Source: Octopus sinensis
Lineage: Eukaryota
Length of the DNA: 64,000 bases
Direction of reading: 5' to 3'
Assembly (NCBI RefSeq): GCF_006345805.1
Contig: NC_043024.1
Location: 10,106,001-10,170,000 of the forward strand
Positions within the stretch are counted from its first letter, which is position 1. Every line of letters starts with the position of its first letter. A program made the position numbers and the translations under genes. This document shows positions 24,030 to 37,150 of this stretch, piece after piece. The notes below the pieces were generated by a model. That model was not told the origin of the DNA and did no database searches. It saw only the letters and a list, made by a program, of their open reading frames with translations.

Positions 24030-25250
24030 GGTCTCTTCTAACAGAACTGCTTAACCCTTTACCTGTCCTGTGTAACACATCTAATATACAGGACACATAT
24101 CCTTGGCATCCAAGCATCATATACGATTCACATTCTCAAATTTTTTCAACTACCAGAGTAACTTGAGACTTATGAAAGGAACGGTTTATATAACTTAGAA
24201 CATTTGAAGCAAGGGCTATCTAAAAAAAGCTCATGAACAAGGATGGAGGTTTAGGACAAATTTATGAAAATGCTTTAGACAGGCAAAGAGTTAATGACAC
24301 AGATAGACTCACTATGAATATATAGTTTGTATAATATAATACACTTATGTTACATTAAATGGTCTCTTCTAACAGAAATGCTTAACGCTTTACCTATTTC
24401 TTTATTACCCACACGGGGCTAAACACAGAGGGGACAAACAAGGACAGACATAGGTATTAAGTCGATTACATCGACCCCAGTGCGTAACTGGTACTTAATC
24501 TATCGACCCCGAAAGGATGAAAGGCAAAGTCGACCTCGGCGGAATTTGAACTCAGAACGTAACGGCAGACGAAATACGGCTACGCATTTCGCCCGGCGTG
24601 CTAACGCTTCTGCCAGCTTAACGCTTTACCTGTCCTATGTTTTACACCTGGCACACAGGATATATATCTTTGGCAGCCATGCACTATATACGATTCACAT
24701 TTAAAATTTTTTTTTAAATACCAGAGTAACTTAAGATTTCTGAAAGGAAATATTTATATTACTCAATACAAACAAAACAAGAGCAAACTAAAAGGTCTGG
24801 GGGATTTAGGACAAACTTATGAAAATGATTAGGACAAGCTTTTGCTTGTGATGGAACTACTCTGGGAATACAAGTTTATGTTTTTTATTTAAATGCTGCA
24901 TTAAGCAGGGAAAGAAAATTGATAACGAGGTATTGATTAGCACCGGATATTTTAATTAGCTATAAAAATACCAAACATAAATCTGTTATTTCTTCTGAAA
25001 TACCAGGGTAACTTAAGACTTTTGAAAGGAAATTAGGGTTAGGGAAATATTTATATTACTCAAAGGAAATATTTATATTACTCAATACAAGCAAAATAAC
25101 GGCCAACCAAAAGGTCTGGGGGGGGGGATTTAGGACAAACTTATGAAAATGATTAGGACAAGCTTTTTCTTGTGAAGGATCTACTCTGGGAATACAAGTT
25201 TATGTTTTTTATTTAAATGCTGCATTAAGCAGGAAAAGAAAATTGATAAC
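24030..25250. repeat. Diverged low-copy ~300-400-bp units, also at ~28140-29113 and ~61430-62130
   Basis: Shared blocks such as atacgattcacattctcaaattttttcaactaccagagtaacttgagacttatgaaag and gtttaggacaaacttatgaaaatg. Confidence 0.75.
24396..24617 (-). mobile_element. Monomeric SINE family B with 14-bp TSD
   Basis: TSD ttaacgctttacct at 24382-24395 and 24618-24631. tRNA-like head with B-box gagttcaaattcc. Confidence 0.88.
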
Positions 25251-25254
25251 CATA

Positions 25255-25985
25255 TACCTCTTTCCAAGTGCACATTACCAGGATGGCGACAAAGTGCAGA
25301 CGACTGGCTGGGTGGATCCTAAGAACATTCAGAACCAGAGATAAGGAAACTATGATGGTCCTCTGGCGGACATTCGTCCTCAGTCGCCTGGATTACTGCT
25401 CACAGCTATGGTCACCCACCAGTGTAAAATTAACAGCAGACCTTGAAGCAATCCAGAGAAGATTCACAAAGAAGATCGTCTCTTTGCAACAGCTCAGCTA
25501 CTGGGAAAGGTTGAAACAGCTAAGACTCTACTCCCTGGAGAGAAGACGGGAGAGGTATGCAGTAATATATGTCTGGAAGATCCTGGAAGGAATTGTGCCA
25601 AATTTTGGCATTGTAAGCTACACCAATGCTAGAACGGACGACACTGCATAGTGCCAAAGATCCGGCAATGCCATCACGCTTCAGGACAAGCTTCTGCAAC
25701 AGCCTGGGTTTCAAGGGCCCACAGCTTTTTAATATTCTCCCAAAGAGTCTGAGGAACTTGCACAAAGTAGATGTAGCGGTTTTTAAATCAAAACTGGACA
25801 TCTTCCTGTCAAGAGTCCCAGATGAACCTATCTCACGGCAAGAGGTGCAAATGAGAGTAGCTATATCAAACTCCATTCTTCACCAAGTGCCACATATTAG
25901 ACGAGGTTCGTCTCAATAACAGTGTAGCACAAAACGGCGGTGCATCAGCATGGCCGCAGCTCTGAGCTGAAACTAGAGAAAAAAA
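25255..25985 (+). mobile_element. CR1/L2-type LINE 3' fragment with intact tail
   Basis: FVLSRLDYCSQLWSP...LEAIQRRFTK...LSYWERLKQLRLYSLERRRER, frameshifted into FKGPQLFNILP. Tail ggcggtgcatcagcatggccgcagctctgagctgaaactaga. Confidence 0.9.
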
Positions 25986-26044
25986 ATATATATATATATT
26001 ATATATATATATATTATATATATATATATATATATTATATTATA

Positions 26045-26116
<72 letters not shown>

Positions 26117-26249
26117 TATATAAGCCTTATTGTATTACCGTGTGTATTATGTTCGTAATGTGAGCTGCGTTGTTGTGCATGACACTTGATCTGCAGAGTC
26201 CATGTTGTAGTGGTCGTTTATTTCATTATTTCAGTGGACATTTTCTTAT

Positions 26250-26890
26250 TTCTTATTTCTTATTACCCACAAGGGGCTAAACACAGAGGGGACAAACAAG
26301 GACAGACAAAGAGATTAAGTCGATTACATCGACCCCAGTGCGTAACTGGTGCTTAATTTATCGACTCCGAAAGGATGAAAGGCAAAGTCGACCTTGGCGG
26401 AATTTGAACTCAGAACATAAAGACAGACGAAAAACTGCTAAGTATTTTGCCCGGCGTGCTAAAGTTTCTTATTTCTTTATTGCCCACAAGGGGCTAAACG
26501 CAGAGGGGACAAACAAGGACAGACAAACGGATTAAGTTGATTACATCGACCCCAGTGCGTAACTGGTACTTAATTTATCGACCCCGAGAGGATGAAAGGC
26601 AAAGTCAACTTCAACGGAATTTGAACACAGAACTTAGTAGCTGACGAAATACCTGTTTCTTAACTACCCACAAGGGGCTAAACATAGAGGGGACAAACAA
26701 GGACAGACAAAGAGATTAAGTCGATTATATCGACACCAGTGCGTAAATGGTACTTAATTTATCGACATCGAAAGGATGAAAGGCAAAGTCGACCTCGGCG
26801 GAATTTGAACTGAGAACGTAGCGGTAGACGAAAAACTGCCAAGCATTTAGCCCGGCGTGCTAACGTTTCTGCCAACTCGCCGCCTTACTT
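26250..26890 (-). repeat. SINE-B tandem (3 units)
   Basis: Repeated gatgaaaggcaaagtcgacc...gaatttgaactcagaac units. Confidence 0.8.
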
Positions 26891-26931
26891 CATTGGATAT
26901 TTTCTGCATACATTGTGTCTTGTGTTTGTAG

Positions 26932-27135
26932 TTTCCGAATCCTTTGATACGTACTCATTCCCACGACCAATACAGAAACTGGTTGACAGGTGGAATTGGC
27001 CTGTTTACGTACCATTTTGTCCAGCTTATAAATTCCTACATCACCAGGCTCGTCAAACGTATGGCTGCCTGTTGTTCGTGCCGCAAAAAACCAACTGAAC
27101 CTGTGCCAAAACAATCCATTGAAACTACGCTGTAA
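26932..27135 (+). other. Unassigned candidate terminal exon
   Basis: Non-repetitive. Acceptor-like tgtgtttgtag, then an open frame FPNPLIRTHSHDQYRNWLTGGIGLFTYHFVQLINSYITRLVKRMAACCSCRKKPTEPVPKQSIETTL*. Family not recognised. Confidence 0.25.
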
Positions 27136-29148
27136 CCATGATTTCTAATAATTTTGTTCACATGTTCACACACGCAGAAGGTCGTGAGTTCCATCCTCAC
27201 CAGAACCCGTTAATATTTTAACGGCGGTGCATCAGCTTGGCCGCAGCGTGTCTGTGGAGTGCTCAGCCACTTACACGTTAATTTCACGAGCTGGCTGTTC
27301 CGTTGATTCGGATCAACCGGAACCCTCGTCGTCGTAACCGACGGAGTGCTTCCAACTCCAACACCCTATATTGTATATTGGTTAGTGAATGATGTGGGAA
27401 GGGTACATTTAAGGGTTACAACAATCCCTTAGTGTTGTCCTGCCAAAGTTATTGTTTACAGTGAACGAACACACACAAACCAACACACACACATAAATAC
27501 ACACACAAACACATACATAAATACATACTTTTTCTTTCTTTTACTCATTTCAGTCATCTGACTGGAGCCATACTGGAGCACCACCTTGAAAGGTTTTTTT
27601 TTATTTTAGTCGAATAAACTGACCCCAGAGCTTATTCTTTGTAAGCCTAGTACTTATTTTATCAGTCTCTTTTGAGACACACCAACACCAGTAGTCAAGC
27701 AGTGATACTGGGACAAACACAGACACAAAGATACACACACATATATATCTATATATATAAAACTGAGATTGTCTGTCTGTCTGTATGTGTACCTCACTAA
27801 AACTCAAGAACTACCCAACCAATTTCCTTCAAATTTTACACATGCTTTATTTGGGGTCCATGCAGTGTCATGGGCCCTAAAAATTTTCAACCTCTTGCCT
27901 AATTCGAGCCCGGAACAATCTCTTTCTCTTACACTATTTCAGTATTATGTGTCAAAAGTGAAACAATAACATCTCTATTGTAATGTGAGATAATACTTTC
28001 AGTTTTAATAGGTTTAACTATTAATATTTTCACTTTGTATATATATATATATATATATTGTAAAAATAAACCATTCACACCGCAAGCATATATGTTTCAT
28101 GTCTATTACTTTCACTATGATATATTTATCATAGGGCCAACTAAAGAGTCTGAAAAGGTTTAGGACAAAATTACAAAATTGCTTTGGACAGTCAAAGAGA
28201 TAATGTCACAAATAGGCTAACTTTGAATATATACTTAGTGTAACAATAGGCTAATGTTACATTAAATGGTTTCTGTTTCTTTATTACCCACAAGGCGCTA
28301 AACACAGAGGGGATAAACAAGGACAGACAAATGGATTAAGTCGATTACATCGACCCCAGTGCGTATCTGGTACTGAATTTATCGAGCCTGAAATGATGAA
28401 AGGCAAAGTCGACCTCGGCGGAATTTGAACTCAGAACGTAGCGGCAGACGAAATACCTATTTCTTTACTACCCACAAGGGGCTAAACATAGAGGGGACAA
28501 ACAAGGACAGACATAGGTATTAAGTCGATTACATCGAACCCCAGTACGTAACTGGTACTTAATTTATCTTCCCCATAAGGATGAAAGGCAAAGTTGACCT
28601 CGGTGGAATTTGAACTCAGAACGTAACGGCATACGAAATACAGCTATGCATTTCGCCCGGCATGCTAACATCTGCCAGCTCACTGCCTTTTCTTAAATGT
28701 TACATTAAACGGTCTCTTCTAACAGAATTGCTTAACCCTTTACCTGTCCTATGGTTTACACCTGACACACAGGATACATATCCTTGCAGCCATGCATCAT
28801 ATACAATTCACATTCTCAAATTGTTTCAACTACCAGAATAACTTGTGATTTATGAAAGGAAAGGTTTATATTACTCAATACGAACAAAACAAGGGCCAAA
28901 TAAAAGGTCTGGGGGGGATTTAGGACAAACTTATGAAAATGATTAGGACAAGCTTTTTCTTGTGAATGATCTACTCTGGGAATACAAGTTTATGATTTTT
29001 ATTTAAATGCTGCAATAAGCAGGAAAAGAAAATTGATAACAAGGTATTGATTAGCACCAGATATTTTAATTAGTTATAAAAATACCAAACATAAATCTGT
29101 TATTTCTTCTGAAAACTTCAACCGGCAGGAAAAAAAACGGTCTATATA

Positions 29149-29241
29149 TCAGTATTTGCTTGCTTCATTTAGAAATTTAGCATGATACTTAATGTGGTCA
29201 CCAATAAAAGACGCGATGAAGTAGTAACCGTGGCCGTAGCC
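29149..29241 (-). CDS. ESD: ESD homologue, exon 9 (last): GYGHGYYFIASFIGDHIKYHAKFLNEASKY*
   Basis: Matches [24 protein letters not shown] and contains the catalytic His. Acceptor tattttcag. Confidence 0.92.
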   Translation of the reverse strand, partial: GYGHGYYFIASFIGDHIKYHAKFLNEASKY

Positions 29242-29439
29242 CTGAAAATAGAAAAGGGACATATGAGGCAGGAACATTGTTGTCTTATATTGATGTGTTA
29301 TTGAGCAATGATGACCAACACCTCTGAAAATATGATTATTGATGTGTGGCAAACAAAGTAAAATGGATCCCCACAACACCTCCAGATCTACAGCCTGTAT
29401 CTTCTCTTGTTCCTTGAAGGGTTGCTCTGGCACCTGTTC

Positions 29440-30430
29440 CAGGCTAAAACCGACCTCACCTGTGCTTGTACCATGTAAAAAGCATCCAGTCCACACTGTG
29501 AAGTGGTTGGCATTTGGAAGGGCATCCAGCTGTAAAAACCTTGCCAAAACCGACCTCACCTGTGCTTGTGCCATGTAAAAAGCATCCAGTCCACACTGTG
29601 AAGTGGTTGGCATATGGAAGGGCATCCAGCTGTAAAAACCTTGCCAAAACTGACCTCATCTGTGCTTGTGCCATGTAAAAAAGTATCCAGTCCACACTGT
29701 AAAGTGGTTGGCATTTGGAAGGGCATCCAGCTGTAAAAACCTTGCCAAAACTGACCTCACCTGAGCTTGTGCCATATAAAAAGCATCCAGTTCACACTGT
29801 GAAGTGGTTGGCATTTGGAAGGGCATCCAGCTGTAAAAACCTTGCCAAAACTGACCTCACCTGTGCTTGTGCCATATAAAAAGCATCCAGTTCACACTGT
29901 GAAGTGGTTGGCATTTGGAAGGGCATGCAGCTGTAAAAACCTTGCCAAAACTGACCTCACCTGTGCTTGTGCCATATAAAAAGCATCCAGTTCACACTGT
30001 GAAGTGGTTGGCATTTGGAAGGGCATGCAGCTGTAAAAACCTTGCCAAAACTGACCTCACCTGAGCTTGTGCCATATAAAAAGCATCCAGTTCACACTGT
30101 GAAGTGGTTGGCATTTGGAAGGGCATGCAGCTGTAAAAACCTTGCCAAAACTGACCTCACCTGAGCTTGTGCCATATAAAAAGCATCCAGTTCACACTGT
30201 GAAGTGGTTGGCATTTGGAAGGGCATCCAGCTGTAAAAACCTTGCCAAAACTGACCTCACCTGTGCTTGTGCCATGTAAAAAGCATCCAGTTCACTCCGT
30301 GGGGTGGTCGGTGTTAGGAAGGAGGCATGCAGCTGTAAAAACCAGGCCAAAACAGACACAGAAGCCTGGTGTGGTCTTTCGCCTGACCAGCAGCTCTGGT
30401 CAAACCATCCAACCCATGCCAACAGATGCT
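29440..30430 (+). repeat. 9 x 100-bp tandem array derived from a SINE-C-related element (ESD last intron)
   Basis: agcatccag recurs at 29481, 29581, 29682, 29782 ... 30282. Confidence 0.88.
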
Positions 30431-30470
30431 AAATGATGATGGTGGTGATGAGGATTTTCCAAGTCCTTAC

Positions 30471-30569
30471 CTCATGTTTCCGGATTGTGGCTGCAACATT
30501 TTTCTCCCGAACAACCTTCTCCAAATTCTCTGTTAATAACACATCCTTTAGAAAGATATCAGCCAAACC
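30471..30569 (-). CDS. ESD: ESD exon 8: GLADIFLKDVLLTENLEKVVREKNVAATIRKHE
   Basis: Aligns to GKDDQFLLDGQLLPDNF...RLQE and keeps the catalytic Asp. Flanked by ttttag and gtaagg; phase 0-0. Confidence 0.88.
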
Positions 30570-31129
30570 CTAAAATACAAAATTAAAATCCCAATTAATC
30601 CCACCTAATCTGGTTTCAATCCTAATATTACAACAGTACAATTATTTCTAGCCTCAACTCTACAATACTAAATCAACCTTTTAGCAGTCACATAATCAAT
30701 CAAACCCGACAAATGAAGTGAGTTCATGGTTCATAGGACGGCCTGCTGTGCTAACCTTGGATTGTAGAGTGACCCGCTGTTCTTGAAGAGACCTACTGAG
30801 TCAAGTACGCCAACACCAACATCAAAATGAAAATCAAATGGAAATTGTAGTTAAGATACCCATGCCGGTGGCACGTAAAAAACACCATCCGAGCGTGGCC
30901 GTTTGCTAGCCTCCCCTGGCCCCTGTGCTGGTGGCACGTAAAAAGCACCCACTACACTCACGGAGTGGTTGGCGTTAGGAAGGGCAAACAGCTGTAGAAA
31001 CACTGCCAGATCAGACTGGGCCTGGTGCAGACTCCTGGCTTCCCAGACCCCGGTCGAACCGTCCAACCCATGCTAGCATGGAAAACGGACGTTAGACGAT
31101 GATGATGATGTAATTGAGGGAGGGGGCAG

Positions 31130-32005
31130 GCGATTAAATTGACCTCAGTATGAAACTGGTACTTAATTTATAAACCCCGAAAAGATGAAAGGCAAAGTCA
31201 ACCTCAGAGGAATTTGAACTCAGAACGTAAAGACGGATGAAATACCTATTTCTTTATTACCCACAATGGGACAAACAAGGACAGACATAGGTATTAAGTC
31301 AATTACATCGACCCCAGTGCGTAACTGGCACTTAATTTATCGACCCCGAAAGGATGAAAGGCAAAGTCGACCTTGGTGGAATTTGAACTCAGAACGTAAC
31401 AGCAGACGAAATACCTATTTCTTTACTACCCACAAGGGGCTAAACACAGAGGGGACAAACAAGGACAGACATAGGTATTAAGCCGATTACATCGACCCCA
31501 GTGCGTAACTGGCACTTAATTTATCGACCCCGAAAGAATGAAAGGCAAAGTCGACCTCGGCGGAATTTGAACTCAGAACGTAACGGCAGACAAAATACCT
31601 ATTTCTTTATTGCCCACAAGGGGCTAAACACAGAGGGGACAAACAAGGACAGACATAGGTATGAAGTCGATTACATCGACTCCAGTGTGTAACTGGTACT
31701 TAATTTATCGACCCCGAATGGATGAAAGGCAAAGTCGACCTTGGTGGAATTTGAACTCAGAACGTAACAGCAGACGAAATACCTATTTCTTTACTACCCA
31801 CAAGGGGCTAAACACAGAGGGGACAAACAAGGACAGACAAACGGATTAAGTCGATTACATTGACCCCAGTGCGTAACTTCTACTTAATTTATCGACCCCG
31901 AAAGGATGAAAGGCAAAGTCGACCACGGCAGAATTTGAACTCGGAACGTAACGACAGACAAAATACCGCAAAGCATTTCGCCCGGTGTGCTAATCTTTCT
32001 GCCTT
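31130..32005 (-). repeat. SINE-B tandem array (~5 units)
   Basis: Units joined at aaatacctatttcttt. One head remains at the right end. Confidence 0.85.
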
Positions 32006-32954
32006 AAAATGTAAAACTTATTGGATTACTTATGCATTATCTTGCAGCTTCAAGATTCTGATGATGTAGGTGTTTATTTTTAGAATGACATTGTAGGGTA
32101 AGTATGACAGGCCAGATCTGGTCACTTTGAACAAATAAACAGGGACAGTATTCAGGCTGGATTTGACCAGTTTAAATGCTAAAGGATTAAATACCAATTA
32201 ATCCTATTTAATCTGCTTTCAATGCAAAATTACAATGTATAATTATTTCTCTTTTACTCTTTTACTTGTTTCAGTCATTTGACTGTGGCCATGCTGGAGC
32301 ACCGCCTTTAGTCGAGCAAATCGACCCCGGGACTTATTCTTTGTAAGCCCAGTACTTATTCTATCAGTCTCTTTTGTCAAACCGCTAAGTGACGGGGACG
32401 TAAACACACCAGCATTGGTTGTCAAGTGATGCTAGGGGGACAAACACAGACACACAAATACACACACATATATATATACATACATATATACGACAGGCTT
32501 CTTTCAGTTTCCGTCTACCAAATCCACTCACAAGGCATTGGTCGGCCCGGGGCTATAGCAGAAGACACCTACCCAAGATGCCACGCAGTGGGACTGAACC
32601 CGGAACCATGTGGTTGGTTAGAAAACTACTTACCACACAGCCACTCCTGGTTAGCTTTTTTTTATATAGTCAAATCTCTCTTAACTCACAACCTACTATC
32701 TTTTAAAAAAGAAAAAGAATGGGTACATGAACAGGGTTTATAAATTAAAGTTAGAATTTACCAAAAATCAAAAGACAAAGACAGGTGTGTAAACAACAAA
32801 CAGGTATGTTAGTTTAACGCTCGGGAAGGTGAGAAAGTCTTTTACATTTTGAGCCTATGCTCTTCATCAGAAAGGAACACGAGAAAATCAACAGAGAGAG
32901 AGAATAAAAAAAGCTTTAGTGGCTAGCAGTTGATCATGGTAATGGGCAGACTGG

Positions 32955-34375
32955 TAAGCGGCGAGCTGGCAGAAACATTAGCACGCCGGGCGAAATGCTT
33001 AGCGGTATTTCGGCTGCCGTTACGTTGTGAGTTCAAATTCCGCCGAGGTCGACATTGTCTTTCATCCATTCGGGGTCGATAAATTAAGTACCAGTTACGC
33101 ACTGAAGTCAATGTCTGTCCTTGTTTGTCCCCTTTATGTTTAGCCCCTTGTGGGTAGTAAAGAACTAGGTATTTCGTCTGCCGTTACGTTGTGAGTTCAA
33201 ATTCCGCCGAGGTCGACTTTGCCTTTCATCCTTTCGGGGTCGATAAATTAAGTACCAGTTACGCACTGGGGTCGATGTCTGTCCTTGTTTGTCCCCTTTA
33301 TGTTTAGCCCCTTGTGGGTAGTAAAGAACTAGGTATTTCGTCTGCCGTTACGTTGTGAGTTCAAATTCCGCCGAGGTCGACTTTGCCTTTCATCCTTTCG
33401 GGGTCGATAAATTAAGTACCAGTTACGCACTGGGGTCGATGTCTGTCCTTGTTTGTCCCCTTTATGTTTAGCCCCTGTGGGTAGTAAAGAACTAGTATTT
33501 CGTCTGCCGTTACGTTGTGAGTTCAAATTCCGCCGAGGTCGACTTTGCCTTTCATCCTTTCGGGGTCGATAATTAAGTACCAGTTACGCACTGGGGTCGA
33601 TGTCTGTCCTTGTTTGTCCCCTTTATGTTTAGCCCCTTGTGGGTAGTAAAGAACTAGGTATTTCGTCTGCCGTTACGTTGTGAGTTCAATTCCGCCGAGG
33701 TCGACTTTGCCTTTCATCCTTTCGGGGTCGATAAATTAAGTACCAGTTAAGCACTGGGGTCGATATAATCGACTTAATACCTATATCTGTCCATGTTTGT
33801 CTCCTCTATGTTTAGCCCCTTGTGGGTAGTAAGAACTAGGTATTTCGTCTGCCGTTACGTTGTGAGTTCAAATTCCGCCGAGGTCGACTTTGCCTTTCAT
33901 CCTTTCGGGGTCGATAAATTAAGTACCAGTTACGCACTGGGGTCGATGTCTGTCCTTGTTTGTCCCCTTTATGTTTAGCCCCTTGTGGGTAGTAAAGAAC
34001 TAGGTATTTCGTCTGCCGTTACGTTGTGAGTTCAAATTCCGCCGAGGTCGACTTTGCCTTTCATCCTTTCGGGGTCGATAAATTAAGTACCAGTTAAGCA
34101 CTGGGGTCGATATAATCGACTTAATACCTATATCTGTCCATGTTTGTCTCCTCTATGTTTAGCCCCTTGTGGGTAGTAAAGAAATAGGTATTTCGTCTGC
34201 CGTTACGTTGTGAGTTCAAATTCCGCCGAGGTCGACTTTGCCTTTCATCCTTTCGGGGTCGATAAATTAAGTACCAGTTAAGCACTGGGGTCGATGTAAT
34301 CGACTTAATACCTATATCTGTCCATGTTTGTCTCCTCTATGTTTAGCCCCTCGTGGGTAATAAAGAAATAGGTAA
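32955..34375 (+). repeat. SINE-B tandem array (~8 units of ~163 and ~184 bp)
   Basis: A single head gcgagctggcagaaacattagc, then units rejoined at aggtatttcgtctgccgttacg. Confidence 0.88.
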
Positions 34376-36136
34376 TGGGCAGACTGCAAATCAAGTTTTA
34401 GGGTTGATTTAATTAACTAATACAGATACAGTACAACCCTTCTAGACTGTGATGGTCCAGAACCCCTTAAAATTCACACTAATTTACAAACAGGAACCCC
34501 AAGTTCCTATGACTGCCAGACTAGTTTACCTGAAAGCCCTATTTCACAGAACAGTATTAATAAACTTGTATCATTTATTCTGCTGTACTTCATCTAATTA
34601 TTCAAGTAAATTTAATATTTATTTGCTTCTGGAAACTTCAGAAACATGCAGCCAGCCGAATGCCCGCCATCAGGCATCTACCATATATGTATATATATAT
34701 GTTATATATATGTATATATATATGTATATATATATGTATATATATATGTATATATATATGTATATATATGTATATATATATGTATATATATATGTATATA
34801 TATATGTTATATATATGTATATATATGTATATATATGTGTGTGTATATGCTTGTGTGTCTGTGTTTGTCCCCCCAACATCACTTGACAACCAATGCTGGT
34901 GTGTTTATGTCCCCGCAACTTAGCAGTTCGGCAAAAGAGACCGATAGAATAAGTACTAGGCTTACAAAGAATAAGTCCTGGGGGTCGATTTGCTCGACTA
35001 AAGGCGGTGCTCCAGCATGGCTGCACTCAAATGACTGAAACAAGTAAAAGAGTATATATATATATATAATTGTGTGTGTATATGTTTGTCCCCACAGTAT
35101 CGCTTGACAACCAATGCTGGTGTGTTTACGTCTCCATAACTTGGTGGTTCGACAAAAGAGACCGATAGAATAAGCACTAGCTTCCAAAGAATAAGTCCTG
35201 GGGGTTGATTTGCTCGACTAAAGGTGGTGCTCCAGCATGGCCGCACTCAAATGACTGAAACAAGTAAAAGAGTAATATTAAACTGGTATTTGAAACATGA
35301 ATTCCTATGAAATTTTGAGAGAAGGTTTTCATTTATATCAAATTAAAACAAGAAGTTTGTATCATAGAACTAGGAGTGGTGGTCTCAAGTGGATTGGTAT
35401 GAAAAGAGTAAGGAGTAACAACTCATATTTAGTGAGAGTAAGTGTGATTGAAATGGAGTAAAATGGGAGTACAAGACCACGAATGTGTATGTATGTATAA
35501 CGAGTGTATATGAATATATGTACATGTAAGTGTATGTATATATTTATACAGTTGTGTTTGTGTATATGTGAATGTATGTTGATGTGAGTGTGTATACGTG
35601 TACATTTGAGTATGTGAGTGTATATGAATATGCATGTGGAGGCACAATGGCCTAGTGGTTAGGGCAGCAAACTCGCGGTTGTAGGATCGCGGTTTCGATT
35701 CCCAGACTGGGCGTTGTGAGTGTTTATTGCTGTACATTTTCGCTACAACTTTCTTTCACTCTTTCTTCTGTTGGCCTGCTCACTTAGCCAGCGGAGTGGC
35801 GTCATTTGAAGGCTAAAACAATGTGAAGCGCATTGTGACCAGCGATGTGTAGCAACATCTGATAGCCTGATCGGTCACGGTGATCATGGTGATGAATATA
35901 CGTACATGTAAGTGTATGTGTATATTTATACAGTTGTGTTTGTGTATATGTGAATGTATGTTGATGCGAGTGTGTGAGTGTGTATACGTGTACATTTGTG
36001 TATGTGAGTGTATATGTGTGTATGAAATTGTGAGAGTGGGTGGCAGTGAATGTGACAATGTGCCTGGGTGTGTCTGTGCGTCTTATTAAAATACCTGTTT
36101 TGCAAAGTGGGTCAGAAAGTGATTAACTACAGTTAC

Positions 36137-36202
36137 CTGGTCAATGAGGATGTCAGCAAATGGACTTCCGTTCTTCCTCATCAAACTACAAGTATCATAT
36201 TC
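36137..36202 (-). CDS. ESD: ESD exon 7: EYDTCSLMRKNGSPFADILIDQ
   Basis: Aligns to [22 protein letters not shown]. Flanked by acctag and gtaact; 66 bp. Confidence 0.9.
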
Positions 36203-36326
36203 CTAGGTAAATGAAAAAAACACATTTAAGAAACAGACTTTAAAACTATCAGTTCTTCAAATATTTCATGATTAAACCTGGTTGTTTACTGACATGTTGC
36301 TCTCCTCAAGTTATGTACACCTCTGT

Positions 36327-36358
<32 letters not shown>

Positions 36359-36403
36359 CACGCATGTGTGTCAATGTTCTATTAAATGTAAGATCACAAT
36401 TCG

Positions 36404-37150
36404 TAGTTCAGCAACAATCAGTGACATCATCATTTGCAGTTCAGCAACAATCAGCGACATCATCATTTGCAGTTCAGCAACAATCAGTGACATCATCATT
36501 TGCAGTTCAGCAACAATCAGTGACATCATCATTTGCAGTTCAGCAACAATCAGTGATATCATCATTTGCAGTTCAGCAACAATCAGTGACATCATCATTT
36601 GTAGTTCAGCAACAATCAGCGACATCATCATTTGTAGTTCAGCAACAATCAGTGACATCATCATTTGTAGTTCAGCAACAATCAGTGACATCATCATTTG
36701 CAGTTCAGCAACAATCAGTGACATCATCATTTGCTATTTAGCAACAATCAGTGACATCATCATTTGTAGTTCTGCAACAATCAGTGACATCATCATTTGC
36801 TATTTAGCAACAATCAGTGACATCATCATTTGTAGTTCTGCAACAATCAGTGACATCATCATTTGCTATTTAGCAACAATCAGTGACATCATCATTTGCT
36901 ATTTAGCAACAATCAGTGATGTCAACATTTGTACATCAGCATTGTACTTCAGCAACAATCAGTGATGTCATTTCTCTTTTTTTTGTGACGTCATCATTTG
37001 CTGAACTGCACATGATGATGTCACTGATTGTTGCTGAACAGCAAATGATGACGTCACTGATTCTTGCTGAACTGCAAATGATGATGTCACTGGTTGTTGC
37101 TGAGTTGCAAACGATCATCATTTGCAGTGATGTCATCAATGACATCATCG
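36404..37150. repeat. 33-bp minisatellite (~17 units) followed by ~3-4 inverted units
   Basis: Unit agttcagcaacaatcagtgacatcatcatttgc. Its reverse complement gcaaatgatgatgtcactgattgttgctgaact appears at ~36998-37110. Confidence 0.9.

Noticed and set aside
29242-29625. Upstream part of the 158-aa ORF 29149-29625
   Set aside because: Only the last 93 bp after the tttcag acceptor match ESD; the rest is intron and the 100-bp array.
35640-35715. tRNA-like sequences (also 23021, 37310, 39627)
   Set aside because: A/B-box heads continue directly into SINE bodies, and no complete cloverleaf with acceptor stem could be built.
36282-36965. 227-aa SSATISDIIIC-repeat ORF
   Set aside because: A 33-bp unit is automatically in frame. 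It is intronic and antisense to ESD, with no supporting exon structure.
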